Positions 46,473-59,160 of a stretch of DNA of 61,916 bases are shown in pieces; the stretch's first letter is position 1, and every line of letters begins with the position of its first letter. Location: the NCBI GenBank assembly GCA_032718475.1, contig JAUCBJ010007519.1:1-61916 (forward strand). The letters are read 5' to 3'. The position numbers were made by a program, and so were the translations under genes. The notes under the pieces are model-generated. The model searched no databases. It was not told the origin of the DNA and saw only the letters and a program-made list of their open reading frames with translations. Source of the stretch: Nemertoderma westbladi (Eukaryota > Animalia > Xenacoelomorpha).

Positions 46473-48225
46473 CATCGAGGTCTTCGAGAAAATCACGCCA
46501 ATAGGTTAAAACTCGTCTCTCACTTATAATCTTTGTGTTACAAGTGGAAAACACCACATCGAAAAGGGCATCAATGATTGCTGCGGACAATACAGTCGTG
46601 TTATATATAAAGGCCAATTTCCATGGTTCTTTATTAGTGCGAATCTCCTTCAACAATCCAAAGGAACTAAAACCTTCAATGAATCTAGAAAATTAAATGT
46701 AAAAAAAATTAATGAAATTTCCAGGAATGGTAGAATTAGTGTACTCTTGATGCAGTCCACAAAAAATATTTGAGCCACTGACACCGCACCACCACCACCC
46801 CCCCCCCCCCCCCCCCCCCCTCAACCATTTATCCCCTCATCTATTTTGTTGGGCTACAATGCGGTAGGACAAGTCCCAGTTGGTGTTCTGTTTCAGACTT
46901 ACTGATCATGAGCGGCTCGTATTCTATCCAAAAGTATAAACTTTATCAAGGCTGTAACTAGCGTATCCCTTGATTCAAACTTAGTAGCTAGGTTGAAGCA
47001 ACCTGCGATGTCTATAAGGTCTTCAGCGTTACTAACAGTATTTCCAAACTCTTCTGGTGTCGCTTTCGCTATCTGGAATTAAAAGCCATCTAGTACATCA
47101 TCCCTTGTAACATTTACAATGTTTTTATATTCAGCAGATTCAATACGGTTCTCAAGTCGTTCCAGAATGTTTGTCAAACTATCGCTACAACAGAATAAAT
47201 TAATGAAATTACATTAATGTTAATAAAACCAAATTAAATAAATAAATCGAAAACTGGGCAAGAATATCGAAGCACTATAAATAAACATCGCAATGCAAAT
47301 AACTAAACTTATTATAAAGTAATCCTTACCTTAATGGTATGTCATTCATTTGCGGAGTTGGTAAAGACGATGGTGTCTCTGGGTTCCAATCTACAGTGCC
47401 ATTTGGAATAGGATAGGCAGTATTATCATCAGTACCAAGTGACTCGTTTGGAGGGATCTCCGAACTAATAGAGATAACATCAATATCAGACGAGACAACA
47501 TTTTCGTTTATGTGTATATCTAAAGCTGTGTCCTCTTTAGACATAGCAGTACCCAATATACATAAATGTGGAATTCCAACCACGCATTTATCTTTGATAT
47601 AATCCATGATAGTATGGTATGTTTCGATAGATTCATCGCAAGCATCATGTATGGTAAATTCGTAATCAGCGCGTTTATTTGGTTTGCCATTCTTCTTTAA
47701 TATAGGACTTACCCCTCCAGCATCACAAAATAGTTTATCAAGAACTTCACCTTTCACATTATCCAACCCTTCCTCAACGTTGGTGTATAATTTGACTTTA
47801 TTTGATGCGCCAAGAGGCTTTTTAAGTAAAACTTTGCTTCGGCCACGTCCAGCGTAATCGAATTTAATCGTGAAGTTAACAACTCTGCTGTTCTCGCGTG
47901 GTCGACCACGGCCTACATGACGACGTGTAGCAGCCGCTCGAGATGCTATAGCCCTTCGACTATTACTATTCCCAAATGTAACTGATGCTGATTGTCTTCG
48001 TTGAGTATCAGTGTGAGTACCGTCATTACCAGTTTCAGGTCTACCATCTGCAGAAATCATCCTATTGCTGCCAGTGGGAGTACCGGCACTGGTACGTGAT
48101 GGAGTCCATGACGGTGACCCAATACGACCACTTATCTCGTTTAATCTATTGTTAATTCGATGGCGCAGTTCAGCCAGTTCTGATCGAGATAAGTCAGGTG
48201 TATTGTCCTCGTCATCCATTTTCAA
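46473..48225 (-). pseudogene. G2E3-like HECT-domain gene, spliced, internally deleted and lacking the C-lobe
   Basis: GT-AG exons 48225-47330, 47184-~47082 (SDSLTNILERLENRIESAEYKNIVNVTRDDVLDG then stop), 47072-46903 and 46684-46473 (QFIEGFSSFGLLKEI..LFDVVFS..ERRVLTYWRDFLEDLD); splice phases agree at two junctions. Confidence 0.65.
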
Positions 48226-48557
48226 TAGACTATGCCTGCCTATAGGCCTACTTCATATGTCTTACCTGCAGTACAGTACAGTTCTATATTATACAACTAC
48301 GGAACTGAACTAACTAATCTTACGGAATTACCGGTCTTTCTGAAGATTGGTAAGGTAAAGCTGCCGGGTTGGCCGTAGTCAGGTCGTATCGGTCTGTCGG
48401 TAGTCAGTAATGATTAAAAGATTAACAACTAACCACAGAACTAAGTTTACAGAGCTACGGGCAACCGGTACTGCAGTACTGCACTGATAGACTGAAAAGG
48501 GAATGACAATTTGCTGCACTGCACTGAGACAATATTTTAAATTTCCCTCCAAAATGA

Positions 48558-48928
48558 TTGAATTATATTTGATTAATTCCTGTTTTGGGGTGAATTATAT
48601 TTGATTAATTCCTGTTTTGGGTTGAATTATATTTGATTAATTCCTGTTTTGGGTTGAATTATATTTGATTAATTCCTGTTTTGGGTTGAATTATATTTGA
48701 TTAATTCCTGTTTTGGGTTGAATTATATTTGATTAATTCCTGTTTTAGGTTGAATTATATTTGATTAATTCCTGTTTTGGGTTGAATTATATTTGATTAA
48801 TTCCTGTTTTGGGTTGAATTATATTTGATTAATTCCTGTTTTGGGTTGAATTATATTTGATTAATTCCTGTTTTGGGTTGAATTATATTTGATTAATTCC
48901 TGTTTTAAGGAATTATATTTCATTAATT
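48558..48928. repeat. 32-bp minisatellite (~11.5 copies)
   Basis: ttgaattatatttgattaattcctgttttggg. Confidence 0.95.
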
Positions 48929-49732
48929 TCCTTTTATATTTCCCATTTTAAAATTAATTAAATTGGCCACATTCAGCCACCGTAATCTACTGTACTTATG
49001 CAATTTAATTATTGGTTTTACTTATTTTTGTTGGGTACCACAAGCAGCTTAGCTTTCTATGCCCTAAACTATTAATCATTAAAGTGCTGTACGATACCTT
49101 AGCCTACTCATGGGCTTCTAGAATATTAATTTTATACCTATAATTAAATTAAATTATAATTTACGTATAAATAATATTATAGAAGTCCATGGCCTATACT
49201 GCTAGGTCACCCCGGTTACTCATTGGTCAGTCAGTAGCTATTGTAAATGCTGCCTCCTTCCTTGTCCGCGCTTGCAGCTAAACGAAAGTGAAACTAAATA
49301 AATAATATTTTACTTTAATTTAAATACATAATGTAAGTAAATGCATTGTATCTCAACGACAATATCCAGTTCAGCAATTGTGAATTATTGTCTCACAGTG
49401 ACTGACCACACTCAGACACTCTGACACTCAGACACTACTGCACTATTATAGACTAATACAGTACTGCAACTGCGGTACGGATGTACGTACGGGGTAGGGG
49501 TACAGTACACTACTCAGCTACTGCCTGACACCTGACTGTACTGCACAGTGTACAGTAGTCTGGCAGTACCGTACCGAGCTGCCGAGTACAGCAGTATCAC
49601 TACTGCAGTACTGCTCTATTCTATAGCACAGTAGCAGTACCGGTAAGCAGTAGGCCTACCGGTACAGCCTGACAGCGGTATGTCCAGTCGGCACTTTGTC
49701 AATATTGACAGATTGACATGACATGTAGAGGG

Positions 49733-50100
49733 TCCTATATGGAATATTGTCAAAAAGCGCGCCACACGGGCTGACGGGTTCTGGTTAAACGAAAAGTGCG
49801 CCAGCCATGACATTCATTGCGCGCCAACCATTGACAGATTGACCATGAATTTTGCAATTATTGTAATCATTTACCAGTTTATCTGTTTATACTGCAGTAC
49901 CTAGACCTACTCCTACAGTATTTCAGTATTTTAACATGGAAATGCGAGCGTAGCGAGCAAGAAAATTTTGCAGAAATGCTGAAATGTTAAGATTAATACT
50001 GTAATATTCAGATAGTAGGTCAGCCGACTGTTTTCAAATACAGATGTGATTAAATTGCGAGCGTAGCAAGCAAGAAAATTTTAACATTTTTGGTAGGTCA
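49733..50100. mobile_element. Terminal fragment of the same family as the 51203-52140 insertion, inverted
   Basis: cctatatggaatattgtcaaaaagcgcgccacacg..ctggttaaacgaaaa is the inverted homologue of ~52070-52140. Confidence 0.65.
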
Positions 50101-50354
50101 AACTTCTGAACGTATAGTCAAAGAATATTGCGATGTTCAATTGCTGAATTGTACTGGCAGACCGGCGGCACTGGGACTGGGCACTGGGGGAGGACAGGAG
50201 GAGAGGACAGGAGGAAGAATGCCAGTTAGTTTAAATGCCTGGTACGATTTACGATTAGCAGAGATTTGGCGGATGTCATACTGCAGTACTGTCTCCTGTC
50301 ATCTGCAGCCGTCTTTCAGTGGTGGATAAGACAGTAAGACACGGTCTCGGTCCG

Positions 50355-52687
50355 GACAAGTCCCTAAAAGGTGCCACCCTGCTCCATAGCGCGGGAAATT
50401 CAAATGATTGAAAGACATGTAATTTGCACTGGAAAGGGTGGCAGATCAGATCTGCTACCTATATTTTGGCGGTAAATTCAAATCTGTTTTAACATTGAAT
50501 ACATGAATACAGTCTGACAGTAAGACTAAATGTAATTCGTGGAAATCAAAATAAATTATTTCTTATCGGTTTAACTCACTCATCCGTTATTGTTGTTGTT
50601 TTATCTATTCTGGGACTTCGAGCAGCACGTGGACAACTAAACCAGCACGTTAACTAGTTTGGGGCTTCGAGCAGCACGTGAACACCTAAGCTAACTGGTT
50701 AACTATAGTCTGGGACTTCCAGTAGCACGTGAACAACTAAGCTGACTGGTTAACTAGTCTGGGACTTCGAGCAAAATTGCAAATTGAGGGGGAGGGGGGG
50801 GGGGGGGTGATCGGGGGATTTGGCTTAACTTCTATCAGTAAAATGTAAAGAACATTTATTATTTGCTTGTATCAGTTATAATTACATCAGAACATATAAT
50901 TATAACAATATAGCAGGGAACTGATAGTAAAATATATCGCAGGTAGGCCTACTGTAATAACAATAGGTGTATAATGCTTCTGCCTATACTGCTATATCTG
51001 TCTGTCTGTCCCAGACAAGTCCCACACTAGTTAACCAGTCAGCTTAGTTGTTTACGTGCTGCTCGAAGTCCCAGACTTGTTAACCAGTCAGCTTAGTTGT
51101 ACACGTGCTGCTCGAAGCCCCAGACTAGTTAATGTGCTGGTTTAGTTGTTCACGTGCTGCTCGAAGTCCCAGACTAGGTATAACCAGCCACTTTAGTTGT
51201 TCAATTGGAATTTATGTAGAGTTTGCTCAACATGTGTGGCGCGGATTAAGGATCCTGGCGCGTAGTGACAGGGGCGTGTGGCGCGGATTAAGGATCCCGG
51301 CGCGTAGTGACAGGGGCGTGTGGCGCGCATTGAGGATCCTGGCGGTCCTGGCGCGAATATGGATGTAGGGTTAGGTTAGGACAGTAGGAGGTAGCGTAGC
51401 AGTGCACTAGCAACACATCCCACTCTACAGCTCTATTTCAGTATTTGAAATTATTCCATAGGTTTATAAAGATCGAAAAATGTCCGCTCGCTTCGCTCGC
51501 GTTTATACTATAACTGTATAAGTCTACTATTAGCACTGTTTGGCTGTGGACAAATGGAAACGGACAGATTGAGCATGACCATTAAAAACATGACTTGTTT
51601 CAAAAGTTTTTCAATTGTCAGATTCTTCAAACCAATAAAACCATGACAGCCTGCATGATTCAACAGAATTTCCGTGCTCGCTACGCTCGCCAGCTCGCAA
51701 TTTCATGACATCTGCATTTCTGCATTTGAAAACAGTCGGTTTGCCTACTTTAAATGCTGAAATGTTAAAATTTTCGTGCTCGCTACGCTCGCATCTTAAT
51801 CACATCCGCATTTAAAAACAGTCAGTTAGGTTGACCTACTACTACTAACTACTAACTACATCACTATCTGACACTGACTATTACCTGATTACTGTCAGAT
51901 TGTATTTATGTTAACATAATTGGGAAATTTCCTTGCTCGCTACGCTCGCATTTTAATGTTAAAATACTGTAGGGCTACAGCATTATAAACTGATAAATGA
52001 TTACAACTGAGCAATTACTGCAAAATTTCATGGTCAATTGTTGGCTTGGCGCGCATTACAGCATTAGATATCATGGCTGGCGCGATTTTCGTTTAACCAG
52101 AACGCGTGTGGCGCGCTTTTTGTCAGTATTCCATATAGGGTTCACGTGATGCTCGAAGCCCCAGACTACCGGTAGTTAGCGTGCTGGTTTAGTTGTTCAC
52201 GTGCTGCTCGAAGTCCCAGACTAGGTAACCAGCCAGTTTAGTTGTTCACGTGCTGCTCGAAGCCCCAGACTAGTTAATGTGCTGGTTTAGTTGTTCACGT
52301 GCTGCTCGAAGTCCCAGACTAGGTATAACCAGCCACTTTAGTTGTTCACGTGATGCTCGAAGCCCCAGACTACCGGTAGTTAGCGTGCTGGTTTAGTTGT
52401 TCACGTGCTGCTCGAAGTCCCAGAATAGATAAATCAACAACATTAACGGATGAGTGAGTTAAACCGATAATAAATAATTTATTCTGATTCAATGAATTAC
52501 ATTGGCAGATTGGTCTTACTCTATTCATGTATTCAATGTTAAAAACAGGTTTGAATTTACCGCCAATATATAGGTGGCAGATCTGATCTGCCACCCTATA
52601 GCTTTCCAGTACAAAATAATAACATGTCTTTCAATAATTTAAATTTCCCGCGCTATGGAGCAGGGTGGCATCTTTTAGGGACTTGTC
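50355..52687. mobile_element. Foldback/MULE-like non-autonomous DNA element with >300-bp TIRs and internal ~41-bp repeats
   Basis: gacaagtccctaaaaggtgccaccctgctccatagcgcgggaaatt.. is inverted at ..aatttcccgcgctatggagcagggtggcatcttttagggacttgtc; flanking duplication tcggtccg (8 bp, up to 12 bp depending on terminus choice). Confidence 0.8.
51203..52140. mobile_element. Unclassified non-autonomous insertion nested in the foldback element
   Basis: Splits a 41-bp unit (intact version at ~52321-52380) with ttca on both sides; contains gtgtggcgcg repeats, gggttaggttagg and gctcgctacgctcgc repeats. Confidence 0.6.
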
Positions 52688-53463
52688 TCGGTCCGGAAAC
52701 ACCCCCAACCAGCCAACTTGTCTGCTTGTTGTCGTTGCTCGATGGCAATGAAGCGGGTTGGCGAACGAGAAAGTAAAATTGCAATTGTTCCCATAGCTGC
52801 ATAGGTTTAGTTGGAATTGTGGACCATACTTGTTGCATGTATTACTGTATTAGGCCTAATTATAATTTTTAGTTAATTTCGTACTCTTTAAATAATATAG
52901 GCCTATCTTACAATACCGGTATAATTATGTTGAGAATCACGTACCGGTAATTTGTTGTGGCGTTTTATACTAAGTGTTATTCCAGTAGGTATTCATGTAG
53001 GCCTAATTAATAATTAATAAATTTTTAATAATAGTTTTTTTAGTTAATTACCTATGTAATTTATAAGCCTAGTTAAGTATAGGCCTAGGCCTATGTCAGT
53101 ATGTAATTTTTAATTAGCCTAATCAATCATTTTTTAGTACGTTTTTTTAAGTAAGTCTGTAAGGTAAAGTAACGACCAGGTTTTAGGTTATTTAGAGCTA
53201 GAACAGACAGACAAGACAGCTAGATAACTAATTTGTTCACGTCATCAAGCAGTCAAGTCTTTTCAAGTAGCCCCTTCCCCTTCAGCCCTTGCAGGTGCAC
53301 GGTGCCTGGGTGCAGCCCCACACGTTTCTATATTCCCGGTATACTGGTATATACTGTTTAGCTAACTGTTCTGTCTGATCCTCGTCTGCTCATTCTGTAA
53401 TTAGTTTTGTGTTTGTCAGTTTTTTTAATTTTAATACCGGTAATACTGTAATAATATCTTAAT

Positions 53464-53532
53464 ATGGCTGATACACGTTTATATGATGTGCTGGGAGTTT
53501 CACGAAATGCATCCGATTCCGAAATAAAAAGG
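53464..53532 (+). CDS. DNAJA2: DnaJ/Hsp40 subfamily A member 2-like, coding exon 1
   Basis: MADTRLYDVLGVSRNASDSEIKR then gtaag donor, phase 0. Confidence 0.9.
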
Positions 53533-54247
53533 GTAAGATGATTAAACCTCATTTCACTACTACTGTACTACCTACAACATCGTTCCGTCATCCTACATCT
53601 ATGGTACCTGCAGACTGGTAATACACTAATACGGCAGGCAATAGTAGGCCTACCGTTATTTAGTATTCAACCTTGCTTGCAGCTAGGCGTCTAGTGAGCC
53701 AGTGCTCTGGCCTTGCTCATCCAGCAATGACTCGGTAGTTTGATTTGATTTGAATTAAGATGCCCCCTATAAATATAATATTTTATATTATTAACTATTA
53801 GAGGTAGGTGGTGTAAATCTGTAAATGCATGTCACGTCACAACTCACGAGCTCCTACGCTGTCGATATTCTTAGCACGAAATAGGCCTACCGTCTGACCG
53901 TCAGACCGTATTGAAAAACTTTCACCAGCAGCTTCCCAAAAATAGATATAACTCTCAGTTCCACATACTGACATAGGCCTACCCCTACACTTACTGACTG
54001 AGTGACGCATGTAAATGGATTTTGAGGACATACCACATACGGACTTCTGGTAGTAGTTAGGCAGAGGTTATTTTTGACTTTTCTACTCACAGTAATTGAC
54101 TTAGTGGGTGTAGGTAGACACATTCAAATAAATAATTAATGATATATAAACCGTGTATCCCTTGTTTTCTAATGTATACTAGGCCTATAGTTAACCCAAC
54201 CGTATATTTTTGGGTGTTAAGTAAATAAACTTTCTGTTAATTTCCAG

Positions 54248-54422
54248 GCTTATAAAAGATTGGCCAAGGAATTTCATCCTGATAGAAATCCAGAAGCGGG
54301 TGAACGATTTAAAGAAATCAGTTTCGCTCACGAGATTTTAACAAACTCCGAAAAGAAGCAGACTTATGATCGTTATGGTATGGACGGGTTAAAAGAAGGG
54401 GGTGGCGGTGGCGGCATGCATG
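54248..54422 (+). CDS. DNAJA2: DNAJA2-like coding exon 2 (rest of J domain, start of Gly-rich region); gene continues downstream
   Basis: ttccag acceptor; AYKRLAKEFHPDRNPEAGERFKEISFAHEILTNSEKKQTYDRYGMDGLKEGGGGGGMH with HPD motif; gttagt donor. Confidence 0.9.
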
Positions 54423-54932
54423 GTTAGTATATGGAGACTCCTTAGTACAGTACCGTCCAGGTATGTATTTTATGTAAAGGATTTTTATTGTACCGTACCT
54501 ATGGAATGACCTGCGTATATGTGTTTTAAGTGCCATTCAAGATGTCATTTTCTACAAATCTTTATCATAGTGCTTTAAATTAATAACACAACTAGTTCAA
54601 CTCACTGTGGTTGAATTGAATTGAATTGAATTGAATTTAATGACATGACATTATAGATAAACAAATAATAAACGGTTAACACGGATTAAACAAACGTGAC
54701 ATCGTCACTAAAAGTAAAATAAGCACCCAGCCATTTAACACCACTGGGGCTGCACACAGTGAACTGTACATTATATGTGCAATATGCAATGCACAAAAAA
54801 GTGTTTAAAATTTAATTTAAAATAATTACGTACATAGTCATTATGGGTATATAATTAAAACCAAAAGTAAAATATTAAGTTAATGCTAGTTATTGCTAGG
54901 TATCTATGGAGTATTATGAGTTCCATAGTGTA

Positions 54933-55346
54933 TCAGATCAGCCTGGGACTAGGGAGAACCGGAGCAGTTGTGATTGGTGCAGGGGGAGGGCGGATTGTCT
55001 CCATTGTGGTCTTCCAGGATCCCTTGCACGTATGGAGCAGATCAGTCTCATCTAGGTTCTTTTTAAATGCTTTGAGTGATGGTGACATTACAACTACATT
55101 GGGAAGAGAGTTCCAGGTGGGGATATGACGCACAGTGAAATGATGCTGGTGAATAGCTACATTTGAATGGGGGCGTTCTAATTTCCATGGGTGTCCTCTA
55201 GTTCTTGAATTAGAAGCAATGTGAAAGTAAACTCGATCTGATTGCCCACTTCGAATTATTTTATACATTTCAGTGATATCGATTTTGATCCGGCGTTCTT
55301 CTAGAGATTTGCATTTCAATTTAGTTAGTCTGCTGGAATAGCTTAA
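54933..55346 (-). pseudogene. CR1-type ORF2 C-terminus (3' part)
   Basis: Removing the insertion restores PGLSGL-SYSSRLTKLKCKSLEERRIKIDITEMYKII..TRGHPWKL..WNSLP. Confidence 0.88.
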
Positions 55347-57982
55347 GGGGGGGGTACACCCCCCAATACCAACATTTTTATAATGTTATATATCTTCAAA
55401 AATATAGGCGGCACGCCATACCTCTATATATCATCGGATAGAGGAATAAAAACTGGTTTTAACTGAAATAAAAAAAATCAACAATTTTGGCCGCTAGGGG
55501 GCGCCACAGCAATAATCACAAAAATAGAGATACATTTTTTGAAACGAAATTTCTCCACCAATTCCCAATATTTTTCAAAAAATTTTTTTGCGCTATAATC
55601 ACCTTGAGTAACTTTAAAATTCCATAAGAGGATTTTTTGATATCTGCTCTAGGTCGCAGTACACGTGTATATTAATAAATTTTTAGGTGTTGTAGGAGCT
55701 CCAAGTACCATAAAAGACGAAATAGGCCAAATTTTAAAAATTCCTCTTATGGAAAGTTGCGTCTCCGTGGGACCTTTCAGGGAAAAAAAAAATTTTTAAA
55801 TTTCGCCAAGAAATGGCTGAATAAAAGCTATTTTAGTGCAAAATTATAAAGTTGAGAAAAACGCAATTAAACTTTCTGGTGTCTATTTCTGTTTTTCTGT
55901 CTGTCTGTCTGTCAAATTTATGTCTCTAAATAAGGAAGCACGCCGCCTCACTAAAATTTTCGTTATGGGGGTTTTCCAGGTCGCTGATTTCATTTCCAAT
56001 CTCACTTTTTATTTCTGACTTCACATTGTCGGTCTGTCTGTCTGTCCGTCTTTATGTCAGTTTATAGGTCTATATGTCAAAACATAAGAAAGCACGCAAC
56101 CTGGCCAAAATTTTTGTTACAGGGGTTTTCCAGGTCGCCGATTTCATTTCCGATCTCAGTTTTTATTTCTGACTTCACATTGTCGGTTGGTCTGTCTGTC
56201 CGTCTTTATGTCAGTTTATAGGTCTATATGTCAAAACATAAGAAAGCACGCAACCTCGCCAAAATTTTTGTTACAGGGGTTTTCCAGGTCGCCGATTTCA
56301 TTTCCGATCTCAGTTTTTATTTCTGACTTCACATTGTCGGTTGGTCTGTCTGTCCGTCTTTATGTCAGTTTATAGGTCTATATGTCAAAACATAAGAAAG
56401 CACGCAACCTCGCCAAAATTTTTGTTACAGGGGTTTTCCAGGTCGCCGATTTCATTTCCGATCTCAGTTTTTATTTCTGACTTCACATTGTCGGTTGGTC
56501 TGTCTGTCCGTCTTTATGTCAGTTTATAGGTCTATATGTCAAAACATAAGAAAGCACGCAACCTCGCCAAAATTTTTGTTACAGGGGTTTTCCAGGTCGC
56601 CGATTTCATTTCCGATCTCAGTTTTTATTTCTGACTTCACATTGTCGGTTGGTCTGTCTGTCCGTCTTTATGTCAGTTTATAGGTCTATATGTCAAAACA
56701 TAAGAAAGCACGCAACCTCGCCAAAATTTTTGTTACAGGGGTTTTCCAGGTCGCCGATTTCATTTCCGATCTCAGTTTTTATTTCTGACTTCACATTGTC
56801 GGTTGGTCTGTCTGTCCGTCTTTATGTCAGTTTATAGGTCTATATGTCAAAACATAAGAAAGCACGCAACCTCGCCAAAATTTTTGTTACAGGGGTTTTC
56901 CAGGTCGCCGATTTCATTTCCGATCTCAGTTTTTATTTCTGACTTCACATTGTCGGTTGGTCTGTCTGTCCGTCTTTATGTCAGTTTATAGGTCTATATG
57001 TCAAAACATAAGAAAGCACGCAACCTCGCCAAAATTTTTGTTACAGGGGTTTTCCAGGTCGCCGATTTCATTTCCGATCTCAGTTTTTATTTCTGACTTC
57101 ACATTGTCGGTTGGTCTGTCTGTCCGTCTTTATGTCAGTTTATAGGTCTATATGTCAAAACATAAGAAAGCACGCAACCTCGCCAAAATTTTTGTTACAG
57201 GGGTTTTCCAGGTCGCCGATTTCATTTCCGATCTCAGTTTTTATTTCTGACTTCACATTGTCGGTTGGTCTGTCTGTCCGTCTTTATGTCAGTTTACAGG
57301 TCTATATGTCAAAACATAAGAAAGCACGCAACCTCGCCAAAATTTTCTAAAAAAAAGATTCTATCAAACATGAAAACTTGGCTGTTTCATTTCGATGCAT
57401 GGCCTTCTAAACATCAATAACTTGTTTAGAAGGTCATGTTTCGATGGAAATTTTCATATTCGATGGAATCTTGGGAGTCTGCATATCTTTCTGTCGGTTG
57501 TCTGCCCTACCTATCAAACCTACAGACAGACCAACTACATTTCACAAAACATTACAACTGACATTGGAAATGGAATCACTGACTAGGAAAACCCCCATAT
57601 CGAAAACTTCAGCTAGGTGGTGTATTTTATTATAAATTGATGGACAGACTGACACACAAACAGACAGACAGACACACGAACAGACAACCAGGCAGGAAGA
57701 CAGATAGATGGACTTGATTCCACCAAACATCAAAACTAACTTCGGAAATGAAGCCAACGCCAATAACAACTGCCAAAACGAAAATATGAGTACGTCATAT
57801 GGTTTCTTATATATTGTTGGACAGAATGACAGACATATGAACGGACAAACGGCTATAACTCCAGAACTAAAAGAGATATCGCTAAGCCGTTTTCAGATTT
57901 GAAATCCTCATTAAATTCTGCTCTAAGTGAAATAAAAAACAAAATTTTGAAAATTTTGACCCAGGGGGGGTGTACCCCCCCC
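55347..57982. mobile_element. Kolobok-like non-autonomous DNA transposon with TTAA TSD
   Basis: ttaa at 55343-55346 and 57983-57986; TIR ggggggggtacacccccc / ggggggtgtacccccccc; GG..CC termini fit Kolobok rather than piggyBac. Confidence 0.8.
55880..57345. repeat. 154-bp tandem array (~9 copies) inside the Kolobok-like element
   Basis: Identical ORF-track entries spaced 154 bp apart. Confidence 0.95.
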
Positions 57983-59160
57983 TTAAACCAGATAGACCGG
58001 GTAACCACCGCGTAAACTCTCTTTGAACCTGTTCTAACCTGTTTATATCTTTGTCGAGCATTGGAGACCAAATGGGGCTATTATATTCGAGAATTGGTCG
58101 AACAAAAGTGCAAAATAGATAGAATTGAAACTGGCTATTACGGTGGCCGAATGAACGTCTAATTTGAGAGCTCGATTTTCTTGCCTTGGCACAGATGAAA
58201 TCGACATGTTCACTAAAGAGTAAATCATTTGAAATGATAATTCCAAGGTCTTTGTTGCATTCATTAGTGTTCAAGAGAGTTCCATTCATATTATAAGTAT
58301 GAGTAACTGAGGTAGAAGAATTTGGGGCCATAAGTGAGACTAGACAGCACTTTTTAACATTAAACTCCATATTCCAATCAGAAGCCCAACTAAGGAGAGA
58401 ATCGATGTCTTGTTGCAAGTATAACGCATCATCATTGCTTGAAATATGTCGGTAGAGCTTAGTATCATCCGCATATAATTTGATGAATGTTTCCTTCAGA
58501 ATGTTATCACCAATGTCGTTTATGAAAATAATAAAAAGTAGTGGGGCCAGGATACTGCCCTGCGGAACACCACTTGTAACCTTAGCACAGGCAGAGAGAC
58601 ATCCATCAATGATTGTATGTTGATATCTAGTCATGAGAAATACAGAGATCCAATGCAGCAGCAACCCAGAAATTCCTGTAGATTCTAATTTTGAAATAAG
58701 CTTACTGTGGGAAACTTTGTCAAATGCTCTCTTAAAATCCGTATAAATAATGTCTACGCGCCCTCGGAAGTTGCGAATATTTACCCAGTCCAGAGAACAC
58801 TCCAGAAGCTGGGTGAAAGTAGATTTCCCTTTTAGGAACCCATGTTGCCGAGAAGAAATAAATTTTGACTGGTAGAGATGATTCAGAATTTTCCCCCTCA
58901 CAATAGTTTCCATCAGTTTTGCTAATAATGATGTCAGTGAAATTGGCCTGTAATTCAAAGGGTTGGAACGGGAGCCCGATTTTTTAAATACGGGAACGAT
59001 ATGCGATAAAACCCATGAATCCGGAATAATACCTGAGTCCAAAGATTGTTGGAACAGCCTAGTTAGTGGAGTAGCAAGAAACGGAGCCAAATTGCGCAAC
59101 AATATTGATGGAATGTGGTCAGGTCCAGGTGCTTTGCCGGGTTTCAGCTTAGAAAGGTTC
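57983..59160 (-). pseudogene. CR1-type reverse transcriptase, 5' part
   Basis: KAPGPDHI, NYRPISLTS, QHGF, DFKRAFDKVSH, SGVPQGSILAPLLF, YADD, KDLGI, VRPILEY. Confidence 0.92.

Larger units (their letters stand above)
54611..59160 (-). mobile_element. 5'-truncated CR1-clade LINE with (TTCAA)n tail, interrupted by a DNA element
   Basis: (ttgaa)5 at 54611-54635; ttgaa again at 59161-59165; RT pieces on both sides of the TTAA insertion. Confidence 0.88.

Noticed and set aside
56187-57350. Repeated 62-aa ORFs
   Set aside because: Artefact of the 154-bp array.
55343-57986. piggyBac assignment for the TTAA-flanked element
   Set aside because: Termini are GG..CC, not the CC..GG typical of piggyBac.
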